Notes: generated from the sequence alone by a model not told the origin. 64,000 nt of DNA from Malacoraja senta (GCA_038087875.1 CM075988.1:22632001-22696000), one strand, 5' to 3'. Numbered from the stretch's first letter, positions 25,850-39,084 are shown. Translations and numbers: made by a program.

Positions 25850-26467
25850 GTACTAAATATGAAAGCGTTTGCCTGCAGATTCTTCTTTCTTCATTAAAGC
25901 ATTGTTTGCGATATGTTGGTCACTGGACTTTTTTTTTGTTCCTTTGGATTCTTTCCCCACTTAAATTAACGCAGTTTGTTGCTAGGAGTAACGGTGAGAT
26001 TATTCGGGTTAATTTCACAGTTACCCAGGCAACCTGCGTCACCACAGCGCAAGTGACAAATATTTCACTGTCAAATAGGCTGGCTGAGAGTGTGCAGAGG
26101 GGGGGATTGGGGAGAGGGGTGGAGGGAGGAGGGGAGGGGTAGAGCAAGGTGGGAGGTGAGATGGAGGGGAGAAAGGGGGTGGAGGGAGGGAGGAGGGAGG
26201 GGTGGAGGGAGTGGCGAAGGGGCGTGCGTTGTGGGAGGAGAGGGGGTTGGTTGGTGGAGGAAGGGTGAAGGTAGGGGAGATGGGGGATGGAGGGAGGGGA
26301 AGGAATGAAGGGGTGGTGGGAGAGCTGGAGGGAGGGGTGAGGGGTGGAGGGGAGAGGGAGGAGGAGGGGTGTGTGTTATGGTAGATGGGTGAATGGGGTG
26401 TAGGGAGATATAGAGAGATGTGGATCACCTACGCTCCTCTGAGTGTCAGAGGAGCGGGCAATTCAAG
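25850..26467 (+). mobile_element. Possible non-autonomous Helitron with G-rich interior
   Basis: Perfect 11-bp hairpin CGCTCCTCTGA-GTG-TCAGAGGAGCG (26432-26456), ending 11 nt before a CAAG|T end (a CTAG variant). The 5' boundary is uncertain. Confidence 0.4.
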
Positions 26468-26809
26468 TCAATGTTGGGGTCCATCCATTGTACCCTGTAG
26501 GCCTGATGAGTCACTCAGTGAAACTGAGACCAGATCTGCTGTGTTGTTCCCTAATAGGCAATAGATTGTTAAATGCAAGAATAGTTTACCCATGCCCACA
26601 GCCACTCTTGCAAGGCAGCATCATTTACTTGACCCGAATGTATTGCTGCTGTTCTACATGTCTCCATTCACTCACAACACTTCCTTTCTGCAGACAATTT
26701 TAAAGGGTGGGACTCTGACGTAAAGAGTGCCGTTGGTACATGTGGTTCAGCTCTGATGCTGAAGGATGCTGATGGGTCAGTAAGGGGCGGCACAGTGGCG
26801 TAGCGTGTG

Positions 26810-27280
26810 AAAACGTAGGTTTACAAGGTTAATTCCCGGGATGGCGGGACTGTCATATGCTGAGAGAATGGAGCAGCTGGGCTTGTACACTCTGGAGTTT
26901 AGAAGGATGAGAGGGTATCGCATTGAAACATACAAGATTGTTAAGGGCTTGGACACGCTAGAGGCAGGAAACATGTTCCCGATGTTGGGGGAGTCCAGAA
27001 CCAGGGGCCACAGTTTAAGAATAAGGAGTAAGCCATTTAGACGGAGACGAGGAAACACTATTTCTCACAGAGAGTGGAGAGTATGTGGAATTCTCTGCCT
27101 CAGAGGGCTGTGGAGGCAGGTTCTCTGGATGCTTTCAAGAGAGAGCTAGATAGCGGAGTCAGGGGATATGGGGAGAAGGCAGGAACGGGGTACTGATTGG
27201 GGATGACCAGCCAGGATCATATTGAATGGCGGTGCTGGCTCGAAGGGCCGAATGGCCTACTCCTGCACCTGTTGTCTTTT
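26810..27280 (+). mobile_element. CR1 LINE 3' fragment
   Basis: MAGLSYAERMEQLGLYTLEFRRMRG...ESRTRGHSLRIR plus 3' UTR. Confidence 0.9.
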
Positions 27281-28568
27281 GTCGATTGTCTAAACCCCAC
27301 GCAGGTCACGGGGAGAACGTACAAACTCCGTGCAGACAGCACTCGTGGTCAGGATGGAACCCGGGTCTCTGGCGCTGTGAGGTAGAAACTCTGCCGCTGC
27401 GTCGACGTGCCGCCGAGTTCTGATGGAGCTCTGGTCCGTCGCTTCGATATCTTTATGTAAGGAACAGCACAGTCTGACTACAATTGGAGGCAAGGCTCCC
27501 AAAATAAATCTTCCTGGAAATACAAGGAACTGCAGATGCTGGAATCTTACTTAAAGTGCTGGAGTAACTCAGCAGGTCAGGCAGCATCTGTGGAGGACAT
27601 GGGTAAAAGGTTTTTAAAAAAACAGCCTGTGAGGTCTTTGGATATAGGTCGGAAGGGACTGGACATGGGGGGACAAAATAGAATCGAGGTATTTCGGGAT
27701 GAGTTTGGTGGGGCAGGAGCAGGCAGAAACAATGGGTCCGCCAGGGTATTCCTGCTTATGGATTTTGGTAAGGAGATACGCAAGTCCCTACCAGAAACGT
27801 TACATATCTGTGTCCCCCAGTGATGCTGAGTGACCCGCTGAGTTACTCCAGCGCTTTGTGTCCTAACCTGGATGCATAATCAGGATACTTAGCTGGAGAG
27901 ACACGATACTAAAATTTGGCATTCCCCATTGGGGAACTGAGAACATGGGGGTGTTGGGTCTCTCTTCTGCACACCGGGGTCAAGGTAAATGCTGACTGAG
28001 GTCAACATTGGAAAACAAGCTGAGCTTTAACAGGGGGGTTAGACACAAAATGCTGGAGTAACTCAGCGGCACAGGCGGCATCTCTGGAGAGAAGGAATGG
28101 GTGACTTTTCGGGTCGAGACCCTTCTTCAGACTGGTGTCAGGGGAGTGGGCAGTACAGAGATAAGATGTCGTTGGAGACAGTAAGACTGGCGAGAGAACT
28201 GGGAAGGGGGGTAGGATGGAGAGAGAGGGAAAGCAAGGGCTACTTGATGTTAGAGAATTCAATGTTCATACCGCTGAAGGTGCAAGCTTCACAAGCGAAT
28301 GGGGGGGGCACCACTTGGAAAATTAGAGCGTGCTGGTGCTTTAAGGATTTAAGACAATTGTGGAGGCCGTTCCCTTGGTTACAGTGCACTTACAGCTACG
28401 AAACAGGACTTTATTCACAGCATTACAAGAGATAATCTTTTCCCAGATATATATATATTTTTTACCTAGAACAGATGAATTATCTTCTGAGGAATCGTCA
28501 CTCATAGGAGGAAGCTGCATTGTTTGAGGAATTCAAAACCTTTGTGACAAAATAAGTCAGAAATTGTT

Positions 28569-29397
28569 AAGTGTGTAGGAAGGAACTGCAGATGCTGGTT
28601 TATACCGAAGAGAGACACAAAATGCTGGAGTAACTCAGCGGGACAGGCAGCATCTCTGGAGAAAGGAACAGGTGATGTTTCAGGTCGAGACCCTTCTTCA
28701 GACTCAGACTCAGACTTGAGTCTGAAGAAGGATTCCGACCCGAAACATCACCTGTTCCATTTCTCCAGAGATAGACAATAGACAATAGGTGCAGGAGTAG
28801 GCCATTTGGCCCTTCGAGCCAGCACCGCCATTCAATGTGATCATGGCTGATCATCCCCAATCAGTACCCCGTTCCTGCCTTCTCCCCATATCCCCTGACT
28901 CCGCTATTTTTAAGAGCCCTATCTAGCTCTCTCTTGAAATCCAGAGAACCTGCCTCCACCGCCCTCTGAGGCAGAGAATTCCACAGACTCACCACTCTCT
29001 GTGAGAAAAAGTGTTTCCTCGTCTCCGTTCTAAATGGCTTACTCCTTATTCTTAAACTGTGGCCCCTGGTTCTGGACTCCCCCAACATCGGGAACATGTT
29101 TCCTGCCTCTAGCGTGTCCAAGCCCTTAACAATCATATATGTTTCAATGAGATACCCTCTCATCCTTCTAAACTCCAGAGTGTACAAGCCCAGCTGCTCC
29201 ATTCTCTCAGGATATGACAGTCCCGCCATCCCGGGAATTAACCTTGTAAACCTACGCTGCACTCCTTCAATAGCAAGAATGTCTTTCCTCAAATTAGGGG
29301 ACCAAAACTGCACACAATACTCCAGGTGTGGTCTCACTAGGTCTCTGTACAACTGCTGCCCGATCCACTGAGTTACTCCAGCATTTTGTGTCTATCT
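28569..29397. mobile_element. Penelope-derived fold-back element (12-bp TSD) interrupted by a minus-strand CR1 fragment (about 28771-29352)
   Basis: TCAGAAATTGTT at 28557-28568 and 29398-29409. Two opposed hammerhead-like cores lie at about 28675-28750. The CR1 peptide is LVRPHLEYCVQFWSP...GEKAGTGY. Confidence 0.85.
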
Positions 29398-31425
29398 TCA
29401 GAAATTGTTCCGATTCATTCAAAGCCTGGTTAAGTTGCAACGGTTACATTATAAATGACAACCCATCTGGATATTGACTCATAATTAATGTGGTGAAACT
29501 TATTCTTCCAGTCAGAATGTCATTCTCTCTCACTGATGTGATCATTGTAAGAAGGAATTGATGGCACTGAGTACAAGTGCATTTAACTGAGCTTTCATTA
29601 TCCAATGTTATGATCATATTTACTGAAGGAAATTACTAACTGAGTAAATTTAATAAATGCACCCTTAATGCAATTAATTGGATTGGAGATGGGGCCAGTG
29701 GAACAGTACCAGTGGATCAATAATTTTTATATAAACAGTAAGGGAATATTCATAATATAAGCAAAACATAAAATGCTGGAGTTACTCAGCTGGTCCTGGA
29801 TTCATAGAGACTTACAGTGTGGAAACCGACCCTTTAGGTAGAGTAGGCCATTCAGCCCTTCGAACCATTCAATATGATCACGGTTGATCCTCCAAAATCA
29901 GTACCCCATTCCTGCTTTTTCCCCATATACCTTGATTCCGTTAGCCCTAAGAGCTATGTCTAACTCAATCAAACTCTAGAATATGTGCCCTCAGGCTCAG
30001 TGAGATATATTCCAGTGAATTTAAGCAGAAGGATATTAAAATCAAAGCATTGCTGGGGCAAAAGTCATCAGCTTACCAAGCACAGGGAAGTGAGGTATCA
30101 GATATTTGGATTCAAACAGTTCTGGGTGACCTGAAGAGACAGTGTGTGAAGTGGAAGACACAGTTTAGTTTAGTTTAGTTTAGAGATGCAGCGCGGAAAC
30201 AGGCTCCCCACCTGATACATCGTATGTCCATTAAGCATGGTTAATTAAACTAATTATGTTAATGAGGGTTTGTAATATATGCTGAGTTTTGAGGCTGTAC
30301 CTTCAAACTCATCTACTTGGACTGGACATGTAAACGGGTGTGGAAAAGCAAAAGACTTCCCTCAACTCCAGCCTCTGATGTTGTCTCTTTCCATTAAAAT
30401 CTTCTTGTGACTCATGGAGTCATCGTGTCATAGAGTGATACAGCGTGGAAACAGGCCCTTCGGCCCAACCTGCCCACACCGGCCAACATGTCCCAGCTAC
30501 ACTAGTCCCACCTGCCCGCGTTTGGCCCATATCCCTCCAAACCTGTCCTATCCATGTACCTGTCTAACTGCACCTGAAGGAAACCCTTAAATTTACCTTC
30601 TGCAATCCAGTAATAGACTCATGAAAATGAGATATTGTGGCCCAATTTGACTTCCTAGTTTCAGGAATGCTGGCATGACTGCCCTGCTCACATAAACCAT
30701 AAAAGGAATTTCTCTGTAACTTTGAAACTCATGGGGTCTGATATCATTTCAACGGCCTTTCCCTGATAAGAAGTTTAGTGGAAGTTATAATGGGACAAAA
30801 TCACTGATTTTGAACTGTGTCCAACGGAATCTTCAGATCTTTAATACGTTGTTAGTTTACTATAAATCAACTTTCTTTGAAAATTTGTAAACATGTGGCT
30901 TCACTCCAAAAATAAATAGTTTTCCACCATTTGAGATATGAAGATTTTGGGAGAACAAAGATGATCTTATTTTGGAGCTGGGAGTGAGCATTTAGCAGCA
31001 GCACATGTGAAGTGGAAGGAAGCAGCGGTGAATGCTGTGCCTTCCCATGTTTGGCTTGGAGGTGTTGAAGCACAAGTAGACAGTGGTAAAGAAGGTGCAT
31101 AGTAGGGTTGCCTTCATCAGTTGAGGCATTGAATCTAAGAGTCATGTTGCAGCTTTACAGGACTTTGGCTAGCCCGCATTTGGAGTAGTTTAGTTTAGTT
31201 TAGAAATACCGCGCGGACACAGGCCCTTCGGCCCAGTGATTAACCGTACACTAGTTCTATCCCACACACTGGGGACAAATTGCAGAAGCCAATTAACCTA
31301 CAAACCCTGCACGCCTTTGGAATGTGGGAGGAAACCGGAACACCGGGAGCAAACGCAGGCGGTCACGGGGAGAACGTGTAAACTCTGTAGAGACAGCACC
31401 TGAGTTCAGGATGGAACCGGTATTG

Positions 31426-32038
31426 CTGTCTCACTATGGCGAGTTTATCTGTGGGTTTATGAGAGTTTGCGCTCGCCACGAGCTCGCAGCATGGTCGACA
31501 CGTGGTCGTAGGTGGTCACTGGTAAGTCTTTTTCATGGTCGAGAGGGGTTCCCGCATAGTGGTTACTACTCGCGGCCTCAGTTTGGTCGAGGAAAATTTT
31601 TCAGCAGGCTGAACATTTTTCTGCGAGTAAAAACTGGTTGGCATGGAAAAAAATCAATACTTTTTTACTCGTAGGTTTAGTCGAAGTAAGGTCGTAGTAG
31701 GTCGGCATGTTATCCTAGGTAATCGAAGGTGAGCTGTAGCCACTCGTAGCTTGTCGTAGTTTGCTCTCGGTGTAGTTGTCTGAGGTTGAAGGTGGTCGTC
31801 TTCACTCTCCACTATTGGGTGTCCAATTTTCCCGAGGGCATCGGCGATTGGTCGAAGCTAGTCTTCAACATAGTCGAAGGAGGTCTTCTACATATTCGTA
31901 GGAGGTTCTCAACATAGTCGAAGGAGGTCGTAGGAGGTGTTCTACTTAGTCGAAGGATGCCAAATGTTCGGCGAGACAACAGGACCATGACACTCTCCGA
32001 AACTCGCAAATAAACTTGCCATAGTGGGACAGGCCCTT
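31426..32038. mobile_element. PIF/Harbinger-like MITE inserted in a V-SINE
   Basis: Left CTGTCTCACTATGGCGAGTTTAT matches the reverse complement of right ATAAACTTGCCATAGTGGGACAG(GCCCTT). The interior has GTCGTAG/GTCGAAG repeats. The SINE resumes at 32041. Confidence 0.75.
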
Positions 32039-34966
32039 TAGGCAGCAACTCTACCGCTGCGTCACTGTGCGGGTATTGCATGCTGCTCTGTTCACCTATT
32101 ACATGAAGGTTGTGAGTGAAGGCTTTGGAGAGGGTGCAGAAGAGGTTTACCAGAATGCTGCCTCCCTGGATTAAAGGGTCAGCTACAAGGAGTGGTTGGA
32201 CAAACATGGATTAATTTATCCAGTGCTATGTAAGCGAAGGGGAGACCTTTGCCCCAGGGTAGAAACGTCAAAGATTAGAGGGCATCGTTTCAAAGTGAGT
32301 CACAACATTTGAAAGAGATGTGTGGGTCAAGTTTTTTTAACATGGATGTGGGGGGGGGGGGGGGGGGTAGAGTCTGGAGCCTGCTGCAAGGGGTGGTGGT
32401 GGAGCCAGATACAACAATGGCATTTAGGAGGCTTTTAGATAGGCACATGGATATGCAGGGAATGGAGGGATATGGACAGAGGAGATTAGTTTAAATTGCC
32501 ATCATGTTCAGCACAGACATTGTGGGCCGAAGAGCCTCTTCCTGTGCTGTACTGTCTTATGTTCTATGTTGTAAATCAAACATCATATCCCAGTCACCAC
32601 CCTACCTGCGATCAGTAACCTTAGTACCAACTAAATACTTGGGAGGAGGCTTCTGATTCATGTTTTTCAGTGCGAACCATTTTTAGTTGAACTTAAATGC
32701 AGTCTCTACAAAAGAATATTGGGATAACATTTCAGGCCCTCGGGCATTTTCTGCCATTCTATAAGACCATGGTTGATCTGTGATCTAACTCTATACATCC
32801 ACTTTTCCTCCATATCTGTTATCACCCTTGGTTCGCGAATGCATATGTTTCCCCGACTTAAAATTAATATTTGATCCAGCATTAGGTGGCCTGGCAGCGC
32901 AGCAGCAGAGTTGCTGCCTTACAGCATCAGAGACCCGAGTTCGATCTTGACTACAGGTGCTGTCTGTACGGAGTTTGTACGTTCTCCCCGTGACCTCCAT
33001 GGGTTTTCTCCAGGTTCCTCCCACGCTACAAAGATGTACAGGTTTGGAGGTTAATCGGCTAGGTATAAATGTAAAAAATTGTCCCTAGGATAGCGTTAGT
33101 GTGCGGGGATCGCTGGTCGGTGTGGACCCAGTGGGCCGGTGGGCCTGTTTCCGCGCTGTATCTCTAAAACTAAAAAAAAAACGAAACCTTTAACAGTTGA
33201 CACCTACAATTTGAAGTGTATTGAGCAGCACAAGTGTCTGAGAGAGCTTCCCCTCTCTCCTGGACGCTACAACAGTACAACAATGCTGCGACTGCGATTC
33301 TTGCAAACAGGAAGCTCTTGACAATGCATCTCCTTCCAATATCCGTGTGTCGATAGGGCAAGGTGGCTCGAACCGTCAGCCCTTATTGTTCGAGTTGTTT
33401 CAACCCAGGAGCGTCCAACTTGAGACCGATGTTAACTCTCACTAAAATTAGCTGCAAGATGGCGTAATTGCAAAACAATTATTGGCAGAAAGTCAAGTTA
33501 GTTTTGCCTCATGATTTATATCGGCACAAGCTGTCTCGTTCACCTTCCCTTTTGACCGAGCCTTTTCACCTTGTTTTCTCATCGCAAGATGGTTCTGAGT
33601 TTGAGTTTTGAGTTGACTTTGGAGATACAGCACCTACACTAGCGCTATCCTACATACCTTTTACCGAAGCCAATAAACCAGCAAACCTGCATGTCTTTGG
33701 AGGTAGACAAATGTGCTGGAGAAAGTCAGCGGGTGTGGCAGCATCTATGGAGCGAAGGAAATAGGCAACATTTCGTGCCAAAACCCTTCTTCAGTCTTTG
33801 GAGTATGGGATGAAACCAGAGCACCCGGAGAAGACACACGGGGTCACAGGGAGAATGTACAAGGAACGTCCTTTAAATCTGAGGCTGTGCCCTCTGGTCC
33901 TAGTTCTCCTCTGCGCTCTTACTAATGCAACCACTTCCATGCTGTAGTGTGGCAACCAGAACTGTAGACAACACTCCAAGTGCAGTCTAACTTTGTATAG
34001 CTTTGTATAGCTCCAACTGGATATCCCTACTTTTATACTCATGCCTCAGCATTGGCAAGCATGCCAAATGCCTTCTTCTCTATCCATGTCATCATTTTTA
34101 GCCAACCATGAACTTGCATCCCAAGGTCTCTCTGTAGAACAACATACCGAAGATCTTGGTAGAAACAAAGAACTCTAGATACTAATAAACTAAAGGACAC
34201 AAAGTGCTGGAGTTACTCAGCGAGTCAGGCAGCATCTCTGTAGAACATGGATAGGTGATGTTTTGGGGCGGGACCCTTCTTCAGACTGATTGAACACCTA
34301 AGATCTCCTTAGAATCAAATTGTAATTCAAGATTCAAGAGAATCCCTTGATTCAGGCTTTTAAAATCCAATTCAAATTCAAATAATTTTTTTTGTGTTAT
34401 GCAGAAGAATTAGGGGAACAGGGATAGGTGAGTATTCCTGCAGGAAGGAACGGCATTTTATGCATTCTGTAAAAGTTAAATGATGTATAAGGACACATTT
34501 ATAATGACACTGCATGTAAATGCAAGAGCAAATCTCTCCACACCACATGATGTCATCAGATTAGGATATTTCTAATACTTTAGTTAAGATTAGTTTAGAG
34601 ATACAACGTGGAAACAGGCCCTTCCGTCCGCCAGGTCCGCGCTGACTAACGATCACCCGTACATTGGTTCTGTTATCCGAGCTTCGTGTCCTTCACACTG
34701 GGGGGGGGGGGGGGGGAATTTGTAGAAGCCAATTAACTTATAGACCTGCACAGCATTGAGGTGCGGGAGGAAACCGGAGCACCTGGAGAAAACCCACACG
34801 GCCACAGGGAGAACGTCCAAACTCCGCACAAACAGAAAAAACCCAAGGTCAGGATCGCACCCGTGTCTCCGGCGCTGTAAGGCAGCAACTCTTACCGCTG
34901 CGCCTCCGTGCTGCCCTCTTTCTGATGGTATAATCTGATTTGTTGTATTTCCCCAGTGTTTAGTCT

Positions 34967-35020
34967 GGGGTGGGAGATTGCAACCTTCACGTGGTCCGCC
35001 CTGTTTCGACGAATGCAATC
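34967..35020 (+). ncRNA. Minimal HDV/CPEB3-like self-cleaving ribozyme (predicted)
   Basis: P1 GGGGTGG (34967-73) / CCGCCCT (34996-35002) with a G1-U wobble. P2 GATTGCA (34976-82) / TGCAATC (35014-20). P3 ACC / GGT. L3 TTCACGT. G35003 for P1.1. Vestigial P4 (T-TTCG-A). J4/2 CGAA with catalytic C35010. Confidence 0.85.
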
Positions 35021-35105
35021 AACCCGGCGTGCACAATCAAACAAGATCAAATAGAACAAGTTGTCCTACAACTTTAGGCTGTGCACGCCATACGCAAGAA
35101 GAAGA
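34967..35105 (+). mobile_element. 139-bp ribozyme-headed SINE-like retroposon
   Basis: Perfect TSD AGTGTTTAGTCT (34955-34966, 35106-35117). (AAG)n tail. 3' stem GGCGTGCACA (35026-35) / TGTGCACGCC (35080-89). No Pol III boxes. Confidence 0.9.
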
Positions 35106-35129
35106 AGTGTTTAGTCTCACCACGAATGA

Positions 35130-35447
35130 GGCGGCACGGTGGAGCAGCGGTGGAGTTGCTGCCTTACAGGGCCAGAGACCAGGGTTCAATCCTGACTACG
35201 GGTGCTGTCTGTACAGAGTTTGTACGTTCTCCCCGTGACCTACGTGGGTTTTCCCTGGGTGCTCCGGTTTCCTCCCACACTCCAAAGACATGCAGGTATG
35301 TAGGTTAATTGGCTCTGGTAAAAAATTGTGAATTATCACTAATGTATGTAGGGTAGTGCTAGTGTACGGGGATCGCTGGTCGGTGCGGACTCGGTGAGCC
35401 GAAGGGCCTGTTTCCGCGCTGTATCTCTAACCTAAACTTAACTAAAC
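35130..35447 (+). mobile_element. Full-length V-SINE (HE1-like)
   Basis: tRNA head with A/B boxes, V-domain, CR1-like 3' end (GCCGAAGGGCCTGTTTCCGCGCTGTATCTCT) and (AAACT)n tail. Confidence 0.9.
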
Positions 35448-36503
35448 TAGAAGATAGACACAAAATGCTGGAGTAACTCAGCGGGACAGGCAGTATCTCT
35501 GGAGAGAAGGAATGGGAGACCCTTCTTCAGACTCTAATAACTAAACTAGACAAGAAACTGGTTCCTTACAGTAAGCGAGACAGAAGGAATGAAGGACGGT
35601 GGAGGCAGGTTCTCTGGATGCTTTCAAGAGAGAGCTAGATAGGGCTCTTAAAAATAGCGGAGTCAGGGGATATGGGGAGAAGGCAGGAACGGGGTACTTA
35701 CTGGGGATGATCAGCCATGATCACATTGAATGGCGGTGCTGGCTCGAAGGGCCAAATGGCCTACTCCTGCACCTATGGTCTATTGACCATTCCAATGGTG
35801 AAAGTGGGTCAGATTGTCTCCATTGTTCTCTCTGTGGTGTGGTTTATTGCACTGAATGATGCGGGAGGGCCGGACAAGGAGGAAGTCAGGGAAAGCAGGA
35901 AAACCAGGATCCTTTTCTGGAGCATCTGGAATTCTCTGGGGTACCTCAAAATAACTCAGAGAGAGGTGCAATTTCCTGCAGGAGGGGAAATTTACTCACA
36001 GCCTTCGTGTTTTCTTTGACTTATATGTTCGGTTTTGTGCAGAGCTGCATTTGATAGCAGTTTAATTGAGTGAGCTAGATAGGGCTCTTTAAAATAGTGG
36101 AGTCAGGGGATATGGGGAGAAGGCAGGAACGGGGTACTGATTGGGGATGATCAGCCATGATCACATTGAATGGCGGTGCTGGCTCAAAGGGACGAATGGC
36201 CTACTCCTGCACCTATTGTCTATTGAGTGCATTATAGTTTTGCACATGGCGAATCATTACTTGTTTGGGAAGCAAAAGATTTCTGCATCCACATGAGGAC
36301 AGATATTTCGCGTCTCAACCTCAAACCTCACCTGTCCATGTTTTCCAGAGATGCTGCCTGGCCCGCTGAGTTACTTCTGCACTTTGTATCCTATGCAAGA
36401 TTCCAGCATCTACAGTTCCTTGTGTCTCACTTATTTTACAAAACTTCCCTCCTTTAAGATGTGGCTCAAAATCTATCTCTTTTGCCAAGTTTTTGGACAT
36501 ATA

Positions 36504-37183
36504 GGGCGGCAAGGTGGCGCAGCGGCAGAGTTGCTGCCTTCCCGCGCCAGAGACCCGGGTTCGATCCTGACTACGGGCGCTGTCTGTACGGAGTTTGTAT
36601 GTTCTCCCCGTGACCTGCGTGGGTTTTCTCCGGCTGCTTTGGTTTCCTCCCACACTCCAAAGACGTACAGGTTTATAGGTTGATTTGGCTTGGTAAATTT
36701 GTAAAGGGTTTGGACACGCTAGAGGCAGGAAACATGTTCCCGATGTTGGGGGAGTCCAGAACCAGGGGCCACAGTTTAAGAATAAGGAGTAAGGCATTTA
36801 GAACGGAGACGAGGAAACACTTTTTCTCACAGAGAGTGGTGAGTCTGTGCCTCAGAGAGCGGTGGAGGCAGGTTCTCTGGATGCTTTCAAGAGAGAGCTA
36901 GATAGGGCTATTAAAAATAGTGGAGTCAGGGGATATGAGGAGAAGGCAGGAACGGGGTACTGATTGGGGATGATCAGCCATGATCACATTGAATGGCGGT
37001 GCTGGCTCGAAGGGCCGAATGGCCTACTCCTGCACCTATTGTCTATTGTCTATTTTCTATTGTCTATTGTCCCTAGTGTGCGTAGGTTAATGTAAGTGCG
37101 CGGGGATCGCTGTTCGGCGCGGTCTCGGTGGGCCCATGGGGGGTTTTCCGCGCTGTATCTCAAAACTAAATTAAACTAAACTA
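36504..37183 (+). mobile_element. V-SINE interrupted by a CR1 3' fragment (about 36701-37068)
   Basis: The SINE head and V-domain are followed by the CR1 end with a (CTATTGT)n tail, and the SINE 3' part then resumes. Further CR1 ends lie at 35598-35785 and 36070-36225. Confidence 0.85.
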
Positions 37184-38808
37184 AATATCTTCCCGAATAT
37201 CCCTCAATTGCCTCAATGATTTATTTTATAAAATTCGCTCATGAACCACCTTGAATGATTTCGGACTTTGAAAATGCAGATTGAATGCAGTTGTTGTTTG
37301 GGTCTGTCATCACCTTCGATACATAAATAAGAAATATCAGTGGGAGAAGCAGACTGCAGAAATTATCATCACTAACATACGCCTAACACCACAGCGGTTG
37401 CCATGGACACCGAAAGCACATCCTGTGAGACAGATGTAGAAAATACACCTGAAACATGGCACAAAAGAAATGGCATCTCTGCTGGTTTCCAGAATGACAA
37501 GACAGCAGACAGGAAAAACGGCAATGAGAAAATCAGGAACATGGATCGAAGGATTTATTCATTTAGGAAGCAGCTGAGTAGAACACAACATCCACAGGAC
37601 ACAAGGAGAGCCAACAGTTGGTTTTGAGTTCTGACCCACACTGACCCACGGGCTTTTGTAAAAGAGTCATAGAAAGTGATACAGTATGGAAACAGGCCAT
37701 TCGGCCGAGCATGTCCCTGCTACACTGATCCCTCCTGCCGAAGTATTTGGTCCATATCCCTCCAAACCTGTCCCATCCACGTACCTGTCTAACTGCTTCT
37801 TAAACGTTGGGATAGTCCCAGCCTCAACTACCTCCTCTGGCAGCTTGTTCCATACACCCACCGCCACTTTGTGTGAAAAATTGTTGGATGTTTAAAGAGC
37901 ACGGAATCTAGTGAGAAAGAACCTAAACGCAGATACAGCTTCAGGAATTAAGAATAAACAATAGAAAATTAAATGGATAGCAGGCTGGTTTTTGAACAGT
38001 GTGCCAGTGTTATAGATTTCTCGCAATAGACAGATATAGTAGAAACAAAGAACTGCAGATGCTGGTTTATTTTTTTTTAAAGACACAAAGTGCAGGTGGA
38101 CAGGCAGCATTTCATGGATAGGTGAGATTTCGGGTTGGGACCTTTCTTCAGACAGATTGTGGGGGTGGAGATGAAGTGGAGAAAGCTGGAAGAGAGGAGG
38201 GGCAAGTAATAGGTTGGGTGTTTTGATGGGCAGATGGTGGAACAAAGGCCAGAGATGAAAAGACAGAAGGCGTGAGACAAGAGGATGGAAGAGTTGCCAA
38301 CTGTGAAGCTAGAGGAAGGAATGTAGGTGGAAGGGGAAGGGGGAGGGGAGAGAGAGGTGCGAGTCCAGGTGAGGCACAGGGCAGGGAGCGAGGGTGGAGA
38401 AGGGAGGAAGGGGGGTTTGCATGGTTCTGTCATGGCTGGTACTTCATAACACAGCTATTGCAGTATCTGAAAACAGAATCTCATATCTGATTCACATCCA
38501 CCTACACTGCAGACTTTACTAATACAGCAAGCAGCAACCTACCCAGGCAGCGTTTGCGTGAGAGACAGTCAGTCTCGAGCGTTTGCTTTGCACATTTCTG
38601 GGGCAATGTAATTAAAGTGAAATTTAATGGGGGGAAGAAAGTCTTTGTCTTTCCGCTGACTGGACAGCAAACAACAAAAGCTTTTCACTGAACACGTGAC
38701 AATAAACTAAACTAACGTTTTCATTCCTTCTATCCAGAGATGCTGCCTGTCCCGCTGAGATACTCCAGCATTTTGTGTCTATCTAAAGTTTTCATTTTCC
38801 TGGTTCTT

Positions 38809-38875
38809 TCACAGCATGGTACTCCATAACACAGCATGGTACTCCATAACACAGCATGGTACTCCATAACACAGC
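38809..38875. repeat. 20-bp tandem repeat x3
   Basis: ACAGCATGGTACTCCATAAC x3. A related single copy lies at about 38438-38468. Confidence 0.85.
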
Positions 38876-39084
38876 TAATGCAGTATCTAGTGATATAGAC
38901 ATCAGGACAGACAATAATGTCCGTAACAGAAGATTAATAAATCACGAGAAACAGAGAACAGAACAACACAGGAACAGGCCCTTCAGCCCACCATGCCTGA
39001 GATGACATGTTGCTAAATCAAACTACTTCATTCATCGGCACATGGTCCATGTCCCTATGTTGCCTGCCTGTTAACTGATCACAA

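Noticed and set aside
26502..26526. CTGATGAG...GAAAC as a hammerhead ribozyme
   Set aside because: Stem II cannot form in the required register, and no helix I/III is evident.
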